Positions 38,012-51,900 of a stretch of DNA of 64,000 nt are shown here, in pieces. The stretch comes from Macrostomum lignano (Eukaryota). The position numbers and the translations under genes were made by a program. Location: contig NIVC01000032.1 in NCBI GenBank assembly GCA_002269645.1, forward strand, positions 930,001 through 994,000. The letters are read 5' to 3'. Numbering within the stretch: position 1 is the first letter of the stretch; each line of letters opens with the position of its first letter. The notes below the pieces were generated by a model. It saw only the letters and a program-made list of their open reading frames with translations, was not told the DNA's origin and ran no database searches.

Positions 38012-38122
38012 ATAATGCATGGTTTTTAGGGTTGTATTTATTTAAATCCTGAGAGCCGAGGGAGCGAGCGAGAGAGGCTCGAGGAATTTAAGTTAATACA
38101 ACACGTAAAAAGCATGCATTAC
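38012..38122. repeat. Imperfect inverted repeat (hairpin) with ~45-bp arms and a GAGCGAGCG centre
   Basis: ATAATGCATGGTTTTTAGGGTTGTATT...GAGCC pairs with GGCTC...AATACAACACGTAAAAAGCATGCATTAC. Confidence 0.7.
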
Positions 38123-39559
38123 CTCAATTAAATCGATGCTTTTAAACCCCGGGATGTATTTAGATACAACCTGCAAAACAGTTTGGACCATAGACGCTGA
38201 ATGCAGTGCAAAGAGGGGTCAAGGGGACGCAGTTCGCACAGAGCCCCCACATGTAGCATAGTGAATATCACTTTATCAAATGTCTATGGTCCGTTTTCAT
38301 CTCGTTCACTGGTGGAACTAGAAAGGATTTAAAGCGAAACATGAGAGAAGCTGCGTTTTTTTCGTTTTGTGAGCGGGTGAACTTGCGGGTTTCGCGAAAA
38401 ATACATCCCCGAAAAGCAAAGAGAGTAGCCCGCTGTGGCGTCTATGGCTTTTTTTATGACCCTGAAAGTTTGAAAGCAGGGATTTAGGAGAGAATGACAG
38501 ATCTTCTAAACAAAATTCGAAGAAAATGTTTAGGATTTTTGCTTCAGAATTGTGTTTTTTGGACTTTGCTATCGTGAAGTTGATATCAATACAGTATTAA
38601 ACAGTACATTATTTTTCTACTGTATTATACTACTTGGTTGTCGCTTGTGTTAAATAATTAAATGTATCCCGACTACCCATTCTCAATTCTAAACAAATAA
38701 TTCTCAAAAAGACACAGCATCAAATGTGTATTTATTAAATTTGAATCGGATGGTTTGCAGTTTCACGCATTGCACTTCTTTTATAATTACGAGATTAAAT
38801 AGTAGTAATTGATAAGCGGTTATACAGGCGCACACGAAAAAGGAACACAAAACTCAAACTGTTCTACTTGCTACACACTTTTATCAGTAGTAAAACAGTG
38901 TTTTTCGCTAATTTAGCTGCTAGAAGCTAAAAATGTTGTAATTAGTTCATTATATATTTTTAACTGTGAACAAAAGCGAAAAGTGCTGACCAGTTAAGGA
39001 TTGCAATTAAATATTTTATTTAGTGAAAACTACTGCCCAAATAAGACTAGCAGTAGTTCGTTACGTAAAAGTTGACACAGAATCAGAATTTTGTTTAAAA
39101 AAGATAAACTCCTGTAAATTAGATTGAGATTCAAGTTAATATTGTGATAAAGCTTCGCAACTGTGAATATCGATTTGCTGGTGAATGAAAAATGAATTTG
39201 ACTAATTACATAATTAATAAAAGGCGAATATTATCATAATAAAGCAGATTTGAATAAATACTTTGTGAGGCACGGTATCGATTAAAACACGATTAGCGCT
39301 AAGAATTAGTTTTCAGTTCTAATTAAAAAAACACAACTTAATGACACTGCAAAACACTGGCGCCAGAAGGCAAACTTTGAAATTATAGTTTTTTTTTAGC
39401 AAAGTGGCACTGCAAATATGGTAAACTCAAACAGTATCTCTATGAGTCAGTTCATCAACTACAATGTCAGGAGGCACTGAGATAAGTGTCAGTGAATGTC
39501 AGGCTCGTAAATGAGGTACAAGAACGGCCAAAGTGAGGTCCTCCTTTGAGAGCCTCCTT

Positions 39560-40300
39560 AAAAGGGTTGTCAGAGCCTTATTGAATGGGGTGTCACAGCC
39601 TCATTAAATGGGTGTCAGAGCTTCATTTAATATGGTGTCAGAGTCTAATTAAATGGGGTGTCAGAGCTTCATTTAATATGGTGTCAGAGTCTAATTAAAT
39701 GGGGTGTCAGAGCCTCATTTAATATGGTGTTAGAGCCTCATTTAATATGGTGTCAGAGCCTCATTTAATATGGTGTCAGAGCCTCATTGAATGGGGTGTC
39801 AGAGCCTCATTTAATATGGTGTTAGAGCCTCATTTAATATGGTGTCAGAGTCTAATTAAATGGGGTGTCAGAGCCTCATTTAATATGGTGTTAGAGCCTC
39901 ATTTAATATGGTGTCAGAGCCTCATTTAATATGGTGTTAGAGCCTCATTTAATATGGTGTCAGAGCCTCATTTAATATGGTGTCAGAGCCTCATTGAATG
40001 GGGTGTCAGAGCCTCATTAAATGGGACGTCAGAGCCTCATTAAATGGGGTTTCAGAGCCTCATTAAATGGGGCGTCAGAGCCTCATTGAATGGGGTTTCA
40101 GAGCCTCATTAAATGGGGCGTCAGAGCCTCATTGAATGGGGTTTCAGAGCCTCATTAAATGGGGCGTCAGAGCCTCATTGAATGGGGTGTCAGAGCCTCA
40201 TTGAATGGGGTGTCAGAGCCTCATTGAATGGGGTGTCAGAGCCTCATTAAATGGGGTTTCAGAGCCTCATTAAAAAGGGGTGTCAGAGCCTCGTTTGATG
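39560..40300. repeat. ~23-bp minisatellite (GGTGTCAGAGCCTCATTTAATAT)
   Basis: Tandem copies read directly. Confidence 0.9.
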
Positions 40301-40392
40301 AGGTACTCATGAATATATGCAGTAGTAAAATTTCTCCTTCAGTGTCCCGTTCGCACACTGTCAATAAGGCGACAACTCCTACCACCAGTGAG

Positions 40393-43300
40393 TCAGAGAG
40401 CCTGGAAAACGCTGTACTTCTCTGAGAATGATGATGGATTCATTTTCACTTGAGTTCTCCGATTGTTACCGATTTTTGCTCTCATCTCTTCCAGACTCAA
40501 GTTGCCAACGGGGTCCTTCGGTGGTGGCGAAGATGTTGTTGCTGATGCTGATGAGCCGTTTGAAGTCGCTGCCGACTGCGGTTCCTCTCGGTGCTTTGCT
40601 GGCGAAGCTTCAGCTTGATGATGCTGCTGCTGTTGCTGCCGCTGCTGCTGCTGCTGCTGCTGTGGGGTGATCGGAGCGAAGCAACTCATTATTGTGGTGT
40701 CCGTCTCTTACTGGGGTGTCCACTCATTATTGGGGTGTCCACTTCTTATTCGGGTGTCCACTCATTATTGGGATGTCCACTTCTTATTTGGGTGTCCACT
40801 CATTATTGGGGTGTCCACTTCTTATTCGGGTGTCCACTCATTATTGGGGTGTCCACTCATTATTGGGGTGTCCACTTCTTATTGGGGTGTCCACTCATTA
40901 TTGGGGTGTCCACTTCTTATTGGGGTTTCCACTCATTATTGGGGTGTCCACTCATTATTGGGGTGTACACTTCTTATTGGGGTGTCCACTCATTATTGGG
41001 GTGTCCACTTCTTATTGGGGTGTCCACTCATAAAGGTATCCTTTCGAAAAAATAACAAATTGCCCTTTTAATAAAAATGTCTGTCGCCAAAAAATAATTT
41101 GCTAACATTTTAAGCCAGTTGCAAAGTTAAAAGCAAAAAAAACCAAAAACTCTAGCCATTTTGTGCTTGTTTACTGCGGCTTAAAACTTTTTCGCATTTC
41201 TAACTCACCTCTTCTCTCTTTCCCTCTGCTATGTGTTTTTTCTAATCAAGAATGAACTCGGCACACTTTAGAATGCATAATTAATGAGAGCGTTGGTTAG
41301 TTAATTATGCAAGACTTGAGACTATATAGAGCAGAGACGGCTAGTGTAGAATGCAATTCTGCGCAAACGTTCAGAATGCAATATAATACAACCGCCAAAC
41401 TAGTCTGCCCTCGACACTCACATGTATATATTGCTAAATTAGATTTTATAAACTAACAACTGCTACCTGCACCAATAGGCCAATGCAGATTTGACTGTTT
41501 GATTAACAAGCTAGTCATGATTGCGATAAAAAGCGCAAGCTGTAGCTAATTTAGTTGCTTAAAATTAGCAATTTTGTTGCCAAGCGCTGCTGTTATAATA
41601 ACACAAAACCTGTTAGATTGAAATGGATTATAATGTTATGGATGAGCACCAAGAGGCAGGGGCGCCCACCAAGAGACAGGGGCGCCCACCAAGAGACAGG
41701 GGCGCCCACCAAGAGACAGGGGTGCCGACCAAGAGACAGGGGCGCCCACCAAGAGACAGGGGCGCCCACCAAGAGACAGGGGCGCCCACCAAGAGACAGG
41801 GGCGCCCACCAAGAGACAGAGGCGCCGACCAAGAGACAGGGGCGCCCACTTAGAGACAGGGGCGTCCACCAAGAGACAGGGGTGTCCACCAAGAGACAGG
41901 GGCGCCCACTTAGAGACAGGGGCGCCCACCAAGAGACAGGGGCGCCGACCAAGAGACAGGGGCGCCCACCAAGAAACAGGGGCGCCCACCAAGAAAGACA
42001 GGGGCGCCCACTTAGAGACACGGGCGTCCACCAAGAGACAGGGGTGTCCACCAAGAGACAGGGGCGCCCACTTAGAGACAGGGGTGTCCACCAAGAGACA
42101 GGGACGCCCACCAAGAGACAGGGGTGTCCACCAAGAAAGACAGGGGCGCCCACTTAGAGACAGGGGCGCTCACCAAGAGACAGGGGCGCCCACTTAGAGA
42201 GAGGGGCGCCCACCAAGAAAGACAGGGGCGCCAACCAAGAGACATGGGCGCCCTCCAAGAAAGACAGGGGCGCCCACTTAGAGACACGGGCGTCCACCAA
42301 GAGACAGGGGTGTCCACCAAGAGACAGGGATGCCCACCAAGAGACAGGGGTGTCTACTTAGAGACAGGGGTGTCCACCAAGAGACAGGGGCGCCCACTTA
42401 GAGACAGGGGCGCTCACCAAGAGACAGGGGCGCCAACCAAGAGACATGGGCGCCCTCCAAGAAAGACAGGGGCGCCCTCCAAGAAAGACAGGGGCGCCGA
42501 CCAAGAGACAGGGGCGCCAACCAAAAGACGGGGGCGCGTCCAGCAAATATTGGCGCCCCTGAGGGTTGCAGCCCATTCAATTAAAGCACGCTAAATAATA
42601 TTTTGTGCTGCAACTCATGCATCGGGAATCAGACAGATGAGTCATTCTCCTGAGCATTGAAGGCCCTTGAAGAGACGCGAAAAAGCATTTTTAGCTTTAA
42701 TAGTTAGATAATTGTAGGCGGTTTCACTTTTCCAATTATACCCATAGGAAAACTCGGCAGCTTAGGCAACTGAGTATAAAACTGCCATTGCACTCAATAA
42801 GTACTCAAGAGAGTCGAGAGGCCCAAGGCTATACGGGTTTAGTTTCGCAGATCAAATATCAAGTTTGGTCAAGAATTGGCAAAAAGAGCACACAGCTACG
42901 AGTATCCATAGTCGCGTCTCGGATCTGTCTTGCCTTCTATCCAACTTCGATTTTTTAGCCGAGGAAGAAAACCTAAACTGCTCAATGTTGCCTTAGGTAT
43001 ATGTATATGCATGGTGATTATGCTCACAAGGTGTTTGCCACGACTCATAGTGTTCAAATTTAGCGGCCAGAGGAATAGGGGGTAACAGTAGTTAAGTAAA
43101 TGAGCAGAGAATTGGGGATAAAGATTTCTGATCTAGGGATCTTTTATTAAACTAGGCATTGACAAATATTGGTTCTGCATTATGAAATTTTAACTTATTC
43201 TTACTTGCCGTATGATCAGTGGTTTTTTTAAAAACCAATTTTCTAAATTAGTGCATGCGCACTTGAGCATCACAAGGACTACTGAAAATAGGACGGGAAA

Positions 43301-45714
43301 CCGCTCGACTCTCTGGTTTTATGAATCCATTTTATCGTCACTGCTCCACATATTGTTACACAGTCAGCTAAGAACTACAAAATAGATTCATAAAACCAAT
43401 GAGCCGAGCCGTGCCATTTTAATGATTTTTAGGCACAGAACAAGTGCAACTGTACCTTGAATAAAAAATTACCATAGATTCCGAATTTTCTAAACAAAAA
43501 GCTTTATGAGTTTCAATAGAGCTATAAGAAAGGCAAAACATCAAAAGAGGAACATTGGGTCTGCCTCCTGTCAAAAGTGATAACCATTTTTGTGTGAGTG
43601 TGTGCCTGCGAGTATATATGACAGCGTACGTATCCGCGCACTTGTGTGCCTGCTCAGGGGAGTCGGGGGCAGCAATGCCTCTCGCCGGTTGTGCGACCAT
43701 GTCACTTAAAGTTCGCCAGGGTGCATACAGCCCCAATGCCTCTGATATATAGTACATCATAAGAGTTCCCCGCCTGCTAAGTTCACCGCGTTCCAGGAAC
43801 TAAAGACTGTCGCTGAGTGTCTGTGGTAACTGACAGAATTCTGGCTATTTGTTGAAGACTGAGACGAACTTTAATATGTCTATGGCCATAATCTTCTATC
43901 AGAAGCCTGATCAATTTTATTCAACCATAGAATAGGAAATTGGTTAGCTTAAAAATCATTGAACTTTTAGCTTCGATCGCAGCTATCAGATGCAATCAAC
44001 TGTGTGCAGTCAGGCGCATAAAATTAATTTTTGAGCTCAGCCAGCAGCCCAGCACACAGACGCAAAGAGCGTGCTTCCGAAGTCAAACAGGCGGCTCATC
44101 GACCTGCTCTGAAAAAAATGCACCTCTATTCAAGATTATGGATTTTCCGACCAGAATAAGAGAGAAGCTTCAAAGATTAGTTGCGTTAAAGCACAAAAAG
44201 CGTTCTGGATTATCGGATTAGCTATTGAGTAAAAAGCTTTAGCAGGTTTTAAAAGCGGATAAATGAAACGAATATTGATTTTACCGTCAGTTGCGGATTA
44301 CCTCTACATCTAGCGGGTTGGCGATGACTTCCTGACCTACTGGCATAACATTCTCATCTTCATCTTCTTGAGCTCGATCAGTAAATTCATTCGATGGATT
44401 AACGACGCTTTCGGCATTAGTCACCGAGCTCTCGGCGGTCTGGTCCTTCCGTGCCATTGTAGGTTTAGTGTGTGTATTTTTGGGGGCTTGCTGATGGCCA
44501 AATGTTATTGTTCACTTTACATAAATCTTGTTTGTGCCTGCTGATAGCTTGGCCGCAATCTTATCAAATTAATACTTTCCATGAAATATCGATATGAAGC
44601 TAAATTATTTCTAACATGTCATATTATGTAAGGATTGTGTCTAACATTTGAAGCCATGTAACGAATACACCAATCACATTTATGCATGGTTTATAAACAA
44701 TAAAATTTGAGCATTACATTATAACAAAACTTCTTACCACCGATTCAATTGGCTTCTCTTGTTTCTCGTCAACGCCAGCAGCAGTGGCAGATGGCTGACT
44801 GTCTGGCGTAGTGAAAGAAACTACTTCGGGCATGCTAGAATTGATGGAGACGCCATTCTCCCTGCAGTGCTTGTAGGCTTCATAGTCCACAACTAGCATT
44901 GTGACTGAGTTGGGCATTTCCTTGACTATTTCCACTACCTTTTGGTGGGAGAGATCCTCTGAAATTAGAATGCGTGTGATGAGGTCTTGATGGAACTGTA
45001 GATAACCAATATATTAAGTATTTTACTTTTTTATAATTTAAAAGTATATGTAAGGTAACTTTACTTTACAGAGATATACATTTATTTTAAACACAGTATA
45101 AAATATAACAAAAATCTAATTACCATTCAGAAACACACGGTAGTTTTAAGTTAAGTAAAGTATTTTTATTTTCTTATTTAGAAAATAATTTGATTTAAAA
45201 ACATCTACAGATGGACGCACTTTTAAACTTTACACAAAGCAACTCATAAAACTTAAATAATTTAGGTTGAAATTATTTCTTAAATAAATAGGAAACAAGC
45301 CAAGCATAGCCTTCTTAAATAATTTCGGTTACTAATTTAACTATTAGCTGTACATAATAGTAAAACTATTTTCCACAAATATCACTAACAATTTCCTTTT
45401 TAAACACCCAAATTACCCAACTCTAATTACTAATCCCGTTTCAATACAAGTGAGTAAAGTAAATTTGCTAAATATTTTTTTTATGATTTAGACCAATTTT
45501 AGTACTTACCAACGTTGACGCTGTTTACTTCAACCAGATAGTCCTTTGTTTTCAGACCGCCATGTTCAGCGGGAGAGTCTGGATCAACCTTCCCAATATA
45601 CTGGCCAGCTTTGCCTTTTTCAGCGTGCAGGTTGAATCCATAACCGGCAAATGTTGTCCACTTTTTTAGGTGACATAGGCGAGGCGGTGATAGAAAAGCA
45701 GGGTATGAAGACAT
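40393..45714 (-). CDS. NHERF/EBP50-like PDZ scaffold with a C-terminal ERM-binding tail
   Basis: Exons 45714-45510 ([47 protein letters not shown]), 44958-44738 ([10 protein letters not shown]...VTMLVVD), probable 44445-44302, and 40659-40393 ([10 protein letters not shown]...[14 protein letters not shown]-binding-like). The 5' end is uncertain. Confidence 0.82.
40700..41035. repeat. ~19-bp minisatellite (GGGGTGTCCACTCATTATT)
   Basis: Tandem copies in the NHERF intron. Confidence 0.9.
41645..42535. repeat. 20-bp GGCGCC minisatellite (GGGGCGCCCACCAAGAGACA)
   Basis: Tandem copies in the NHERF intron; source of the RQGRPPRD pseudo-ORFs. Confidence 0.9.
43590..43700 (+). mobile_element. Family-2 SINE, 3' fragment
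   Basis: GCGTACGTATCCGCGCACTTGTGTGCCTGCTCAGGGGAGTC matches the other copies. Confidence 0.7.
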
Positions 45715-47679
45715 GATAATAAAAATAAATAATTTATGTTAGCGTGGTAATAAAGTATTACACCTTGAAAACTTCGGCCGGGAGGAAGAAGACGTCATGT
45801 ACTCATGTTAAATCTTACCGGAGACGCCTTTAGAATAATTTTAAAATGCAAATAGTGGTCTAACTTTTTAGTTTATATATTGTTAAGTAATTAGAAAATA
45901 ACAGTCAAAAAGCAAGGTACGCGGATCCTGTAGAGTTTAAAAACAAAATTTGTTAATATTTTAAAAAACAAAAGCCGTAATTTACAGTCGCAAAGTATTT
46001 TTCCTTTGGATATTTCCTTAGGAAATTACTTCGGTTACTAGTGCAAAAACGACTTTTGCTGCATTTGAGTCGATTGCAATGGTATTAACTCGGGATTTTT
46101 GTGGGCCTACATGTACTTTCGATAAAGAATACAAATATAGAGATAGACATTTTTAGTTATTTTGGACTGAAAATGTATTCTGAATACTTGTAGCCAATGA
46201 TCTGGCAAAAATGCAAGAGTTAGATGACTGCGTATCATTTTTTTAATTACAGAAGTACGGGCGCGATTTACATGTAAACGTGTACTTCAGAAGTACATGT
46301 ATAAAAAAGTTTTATTTCCAAGTACAATGTGCATGTCCATTTAATTTCAAGAAAAATTCACTGTTACAAGCGTCTTATAAGAAGGGATAACAGTTTAAAT
46401 ATAGTTCTAAGCTTAGATGTTTTTTGACTAAAGTTGCGTATACCCATGCATGTACATGTAACCCGGGCTGCATGAAAACACCTGTGCAAACCCCTGATCT
46501 CTGGCCCTGAAAAGTACAGCCACCGGGTCTTGTCCCATAGATTTCCTCCGCCTCTGCGCGGTAGCTGACGTTGTGTCCAAGATCCCATTATCTAGACAGC
46601 GAGCCGGGCTACATACTGGTAGTTGTTTGAAAGTACACACTTGAAAGAAGCGTGGTCGCCACTGCATGCTGTCACCTGTGCAGGAGTACTCCCACTAACG
46701 AGACGGGACTTCCGGTCTGTAAAAGACGAAGGTTCTTGACTCCAATTGTACCAGAAATGGCCGATTAAGAGACTCTATGCGAGACATACAATTAGGAAAG
46801 TCTATATAGTCAGTGCTGGAAACGAGAGGACTTTTGCATAGGGCTCCTTTTAGCTGGTGAGGGCGGTTCCAGACTAAAATTCCCTCCCAAGCCCCAGGAT
46901 TCCAATGGTGTGGATAGTAGATAAAGACATATTAATGTCTTTCCTCCTACATGTAGATGGGTTCGATGCGGCAGGGGATTAGGGAAGTGCAGGTCCCAGG
47001 GCGATCTCTCGTGGTGCAAATTCAGAAGTATTGTTACTGCTATATGATTATTTGGTTGAATTCGGCTCCTTCTCGGTGATCTTCCACTCTGATACTCAAC
47101 TTCCATTTCATGCCCTTACAGGAAAAAATACTTTACAGACGCGGCCGACGTGCAGGGCTACTTGGCACGGTGGTCGTCGGATAGTCGCGGCGGCAGCTTC
47201 AGTCACGGACGATCAGTCCAGACGAGACGCGTCCGGGAGTTAAAGCCAAGGGAAGTACAGCTCGGCACCAAAGGGTGCAGCTGCTCAGAGCGAGGAGAAA
47301 GGTGCTCCGAACGGTTGAGTACAGCTCCGAAGGGTGGGAATGGAAACGGAACGTGGAAAGGGGGAGGGCAATGCGGAAATGGAAAGTTAAACGGGGTGCC
47401 GCTCAGGTCTCTTATTCTTATTTAATAGCCCTGAGATCACGCGTCATGCTATCATGTGAGCGTGAAACGTGATATTGAAGGCAGTGACTTGTTCTTGACC
47501 GCCGTTACCAAGCAAACCTGATGACGTCAACTGTCAGCCGCGCTGTGATTGGACGAGAAATTCGGGTGAGGTGCAGTGGAGAAAAATGATTTATGATGGG
47601 GGATTACGTAACAGGCAGGAAAAAGCTTGGGAGATAAGGGGGCCATAAAACTGTCACACGCATGAACACACGCTGCTGC

Positions 47680-48110
47680 CCAGTGCGCTTTCACATGGCT
47701 CTGCGACGCCTGTGTTAGGCTGCTGGTGAATGCTCCTCGGCGCCCTGCTGATGAACCTCGATGCGATTGTCTCCGGCAGGAGGAACCAGGCCTGACGCTA
47801 CAACCTGAAGGTGCATTCTGTGCATTCCGTCGAGCCGATCCTGCTGTACGGCATGGAGGCTGTGCCGCTAACCGGGACGCGAGAGCGAGCCCTGGACGCG
47901 CTTTACCGATCGCTACTGCGCTACGCGCTGGGCGCGCACTACCGCCTGCCGACCAACGCTCTGATGGCCTGCGCAGGAACTCCGCCCCTGAGCGCAACCC
48001 TGCGCTGGCGCCGTCAGATGCTGCTGGGCCAACGCCTACGGACCCTGCATGGATCGCGGTGCGCCCGTCCCGATTGCCCTGGCCATGCTGCACCGGCCGT
48101 AGGCGCGGGG
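47680..48110 (+). mobile_element. Degenerate non-LTR retrotransposon (LINE) fragment, C-terminal part of the RT ORF
   Basis: VEPILLYGMEAVPLTGTRERALDALYRSLLRYALGAHY...PPLSATLRWRRQMLLG is typical of the post-RT region of RTE-like LINEs; the frame is disrupted upstream. Confidence 0.7.
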
Positions 48111-48997
48111 GAGTGAGATGGGCGATAAGCATGAGTCATCACAGGGACGCAGGTATCACAGGGAAAGAAGGGAGGGTGCGCAAAAAATGTGGGGGCCCAG
48201 GACGCGCCTACATCAATCACAAAGTAAATAATGCTAAAAGCTATATAACTGATTATTATTGAAACATTGATAAACTGTTATTAAGAATGTGTTTAAACTG
48301 TGGGTATTACACCCAATTGTCTTTGTTATAATTAAAGAATGACAAATTAAAGCGTTGTTTAATATCAAATTCGTCAATTACATGTAGATGGATTAGGACC
48401 CAAACGAAACAATAAGAATCAATTTGAAATTAAATGAATCAATCAATTTAAGTAACTTTTAGGAAACGTGCAGAGAATGTAGTACACAAATGTTTATGGT
48501 TGCGAAGATTAACAACGGATAGGTTATTTTACACGAAACTGGCTTGAAAAGATTCAAGCGAGAAATAGTTTAAGAATTTTAGTCAGTAGCTACTACTGCA
48601 GAATTGTAACATCTACGTGTAGAAGAAAAGAGAAAGATTAAGTTTATAATACCTTGTGTACTTGTACGTGGTAAACATGAATAAAAATGTTGTAATACCA
48701 CACAATAATAATATTAATAATAATAATAGTAATAATAACTTACAATTCTGTACGCAGGCGTGCAATCATACACACGCTCACACAGGTGTACAGCTGCCGT
48801 GACTTTCTAATCGTCATGTACACCCTCGGTGCCTTGGGGGTTGACCCTAATAGGTGTGGATCCCACGACAACCCCCAAGCGTAAGCGCTGCTCCACTGCT
48901 CCAGTCACACACATAAAATACCTGGCTATGCATGTAAAGCCAGTCAAATTTCGTAAAGGATTTCTGTAACTACAGATCAGTAAAAACAAAAAATGTT

Positions 48998-51900
48998 TTA
49001 ACCTTTGAATACGTCGGGAGCGGAGAACAGGATGGCACAGGTGGACACGATAGTGAAGCAGGAGAACATGATGAGGCACAGCCGGTCCACAACTCTGGCA
49101 GCGAATTTCCATTCGCTTGAGATTTCGTTATCGGCAATATCGTCGGAAATTTTCTTTGTTATAATGCGAAGCTCGTTGAGAACGGCGGCTAGGTCGCCCC
49201 GGGTGCTGCACTGATGGGTTGCAGCGTGCTGCTGCTGCTGCTGGTGATGGCCGTTCGAGGAGGGCGACGGCGCTGAGGCGCCGATGCAGTTTTGAAAATA
49301 GGTCGGTGGTCCGACGCCGCCTCCGCCACGAATGTCGTCCTCCAGGTCCAGCACGTTCGCTAGAAGCGACTTCGATGATCTCTCTCGCAGTTCAAAATTG
49401 CCAGCGCCGCCGCCGACGCCGCTGCTACCGACACCGCAGTATCCGCCGCCGGCGCCGCCGAAACCTCCGCCGAATTCGCGGCTTCTTCTTCGACGCATCG
49501 TCATCGAGGAGTTTCGAAACGATGAAGTTCGAGGCTGCTGGCCGGACGCCTCTCGCGTCTTGGCGGGATTTTGCATGCACAGCACGGTGGCCAAATAGGT
49601 GCAGATCAGCTTTCGCACCTGGGAAAGAGTTTTTTTTTGCTTTTACTTAGATGTGATTATGTCTTAGAACTGTCAGGGGTTCGATTCTCGACCCACTCGG
49701 AACAATTTGTGTCCTTGAGCCAGACACTTGACTTTGAACCCCTGCTTCAGTTCACCCAGCTGTAAAATGGGTGCCAGCATTGGCTGGGGGTAATTGAGGA
49801 TGTGTGGCGACCCGGATCCTTGGACTGAACAGCCGTACGCAGCTTTCAGATGCGCTGCGCAATAGCTGCGGCTGAGCTGTCGGTTGCACATAATCACTTT
49901 TTAGTATAATTAGAACTGTGTATAGCATGCGTACAAATCCATAATTGTGTTTCAAGAGCAGAGTAGATCAAGTCTACCTTAAGACTGACACCTCTTATTT
50001 TTAGTACCTACAATTCTTCTTTGAGATATAGAAGCATGTGCCTTATTGTTGACACTTTTTGGAGTGATAGACACTTTTCTGTAAGTACGAGGGTAGACAA
50101 GCTCTTTCGTAACTGACAGTGATTTCTTGAGACAGACACGTAATGGAGTCTCAATGTCAACCGAAATAGAATCGCTTTTCTATAGAAATCGGATTCTTCT
50201 CGACCGAATTTGTCTATGGTAAGACCCCATTTAGCGCTATGCATTCTCCAGTACAGATTCTACAGTTTAAACTCCAAGATGGGCCAATCCAGCGCGTGAC
50301 CGCAGTGCTAAAGCCCCAGGTTTCAGACCATAGACTGTATAGCTGTTGCTGCTCTAGAGCATTAGCAGCAGCAACAGCTGGTGTCTATGGCCTGACCCCC
50401 CGGGGCTTTCGGGGCCTTGGAGATGGCCACTAAATACAGCTTTTATTTGCAGCCCATTTGAGGGGCTTACGCGCAGTGAATAGAATCCAATATATGTTTG
50501 CCAAAGTAATGGAGCCTTTTGTCTATGGTACAAGGCTGGCACAACGGCATTCCATATCCATTACTTTGGCACACATATCTTGGATTAAATTCAATGCGTG
50601 TTTAAAAATCTATAAATTAGCAAAGTCTGAGAATGACACATCAGGGTATTATAGAATCTGTGTTCTCTAGGCCATACTGAATGCCTTCTTTGACGACCTC
50701 TGGCTCATTTCAAAGAAAAATCCACTCTATAGCCTCCTTCAACTTTAGTTAAAAATGGTAAACGTTTCGGAACATCTTTCTTTTGAGAGCAAGACACATT
50801 ATAATCCTTAGTGAATTGCCTAATATCTAAAGATCAATGCATATACAATATTTTGTGGATTTTATTGATAGTTCGGTTCCTGTCCCAGACGTACCCAGTT
50901 CGGCACAGGGTGCGATTCAGCGTCTCTGTGATGATAGTTGAGCACGATCACCGTGAATACGACTGATAGACTGCACATGATCATGGTGCACGCAAAGTAC
51001 ATGCCTAAAATTGATTTAACAGCAGATTTTTCGTTTAGTTTTTTTAATTCTACAATTGATATTCATGCTAAATAGTTTTTATAAAAATGCTTACTGCATG
51101 TATCACTAAACAGCTTTAAACATTCACCATCTAGAAATGCACATGGAAGCAATCCGCAATCGCAACACAATCCACATGGAAGCAATCTGACATTCAACAA
51201 AAAGCCACATGGAAGCAATTCACTATTTAACAACAATCCACATGGAAGCAATCTGACATTCAACAAAAATCCACATGGAAGCAATCTTACATTCAACAAC
51301 AATCCACATGGAAGCAATCTGACATTCAACAACAATCCACATGGAAGCAATCTGACATTCAACAACAATCCACATGGAAGCAATCTGACATTCAACAAAA
51401 ATCCACATGGAAGCAATCTGACATTCAACAAAAATCCACATGGAAGCAATCTGACATTCAACAAAAATCCACATGGAAGCAATCTGACATTCAACAACAA
51501 TCCACATGGAAGCAATCTGACATTCAACAAAAATCCACATGGAAGCAATCTGACATTCAACAAAAATCCACATGGAAGCAATCTGACATTCAACAAAAAT
51601 CCACATGGAAGCAATCTGACATTCAACAACAATCCACATGGAAGCAATCCGCAATCGCAACGCAATCCACATGGAAGCAATACACTATTCAACAATAATC
51701 CAATTGGAAGAAGCTCTTTATTTCACAACAGTCCACTTGGAAGCAGCCCTTCATTTAACAACAACCCATGTGGAAGCAATTCACTATTTAACAACAATCT
51801 GCATGGAAGCAGCTCTTCATTCCACGTGATTTTCCATTTCAAACATTCTTTAAATTGCCAAACCAATAGTAGTAATAAAACAAATTCGAAATAAAACTCA

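Noticed and set aside
46364-47472. Several 70-100-aa ORFs upstream of the NHERF gene
   Set aside because: No recognisable motifs or consistent splice chain; probably decayed mobile DNA.
49005-49765. Plus-strand ORFs overlapping the last exon of nAChR gene 2
   Set aside because: Antisense shadows of GC-rich coding sequence; the same applies to ORFs opposite the GT92, GPCR and membrane-protein exons.
51063-51695. [11 protein letters not shown] and [11 protein letters not shown] repeat proteins
   Set aside because: Translations of the 33-bp intronic minisatellite.
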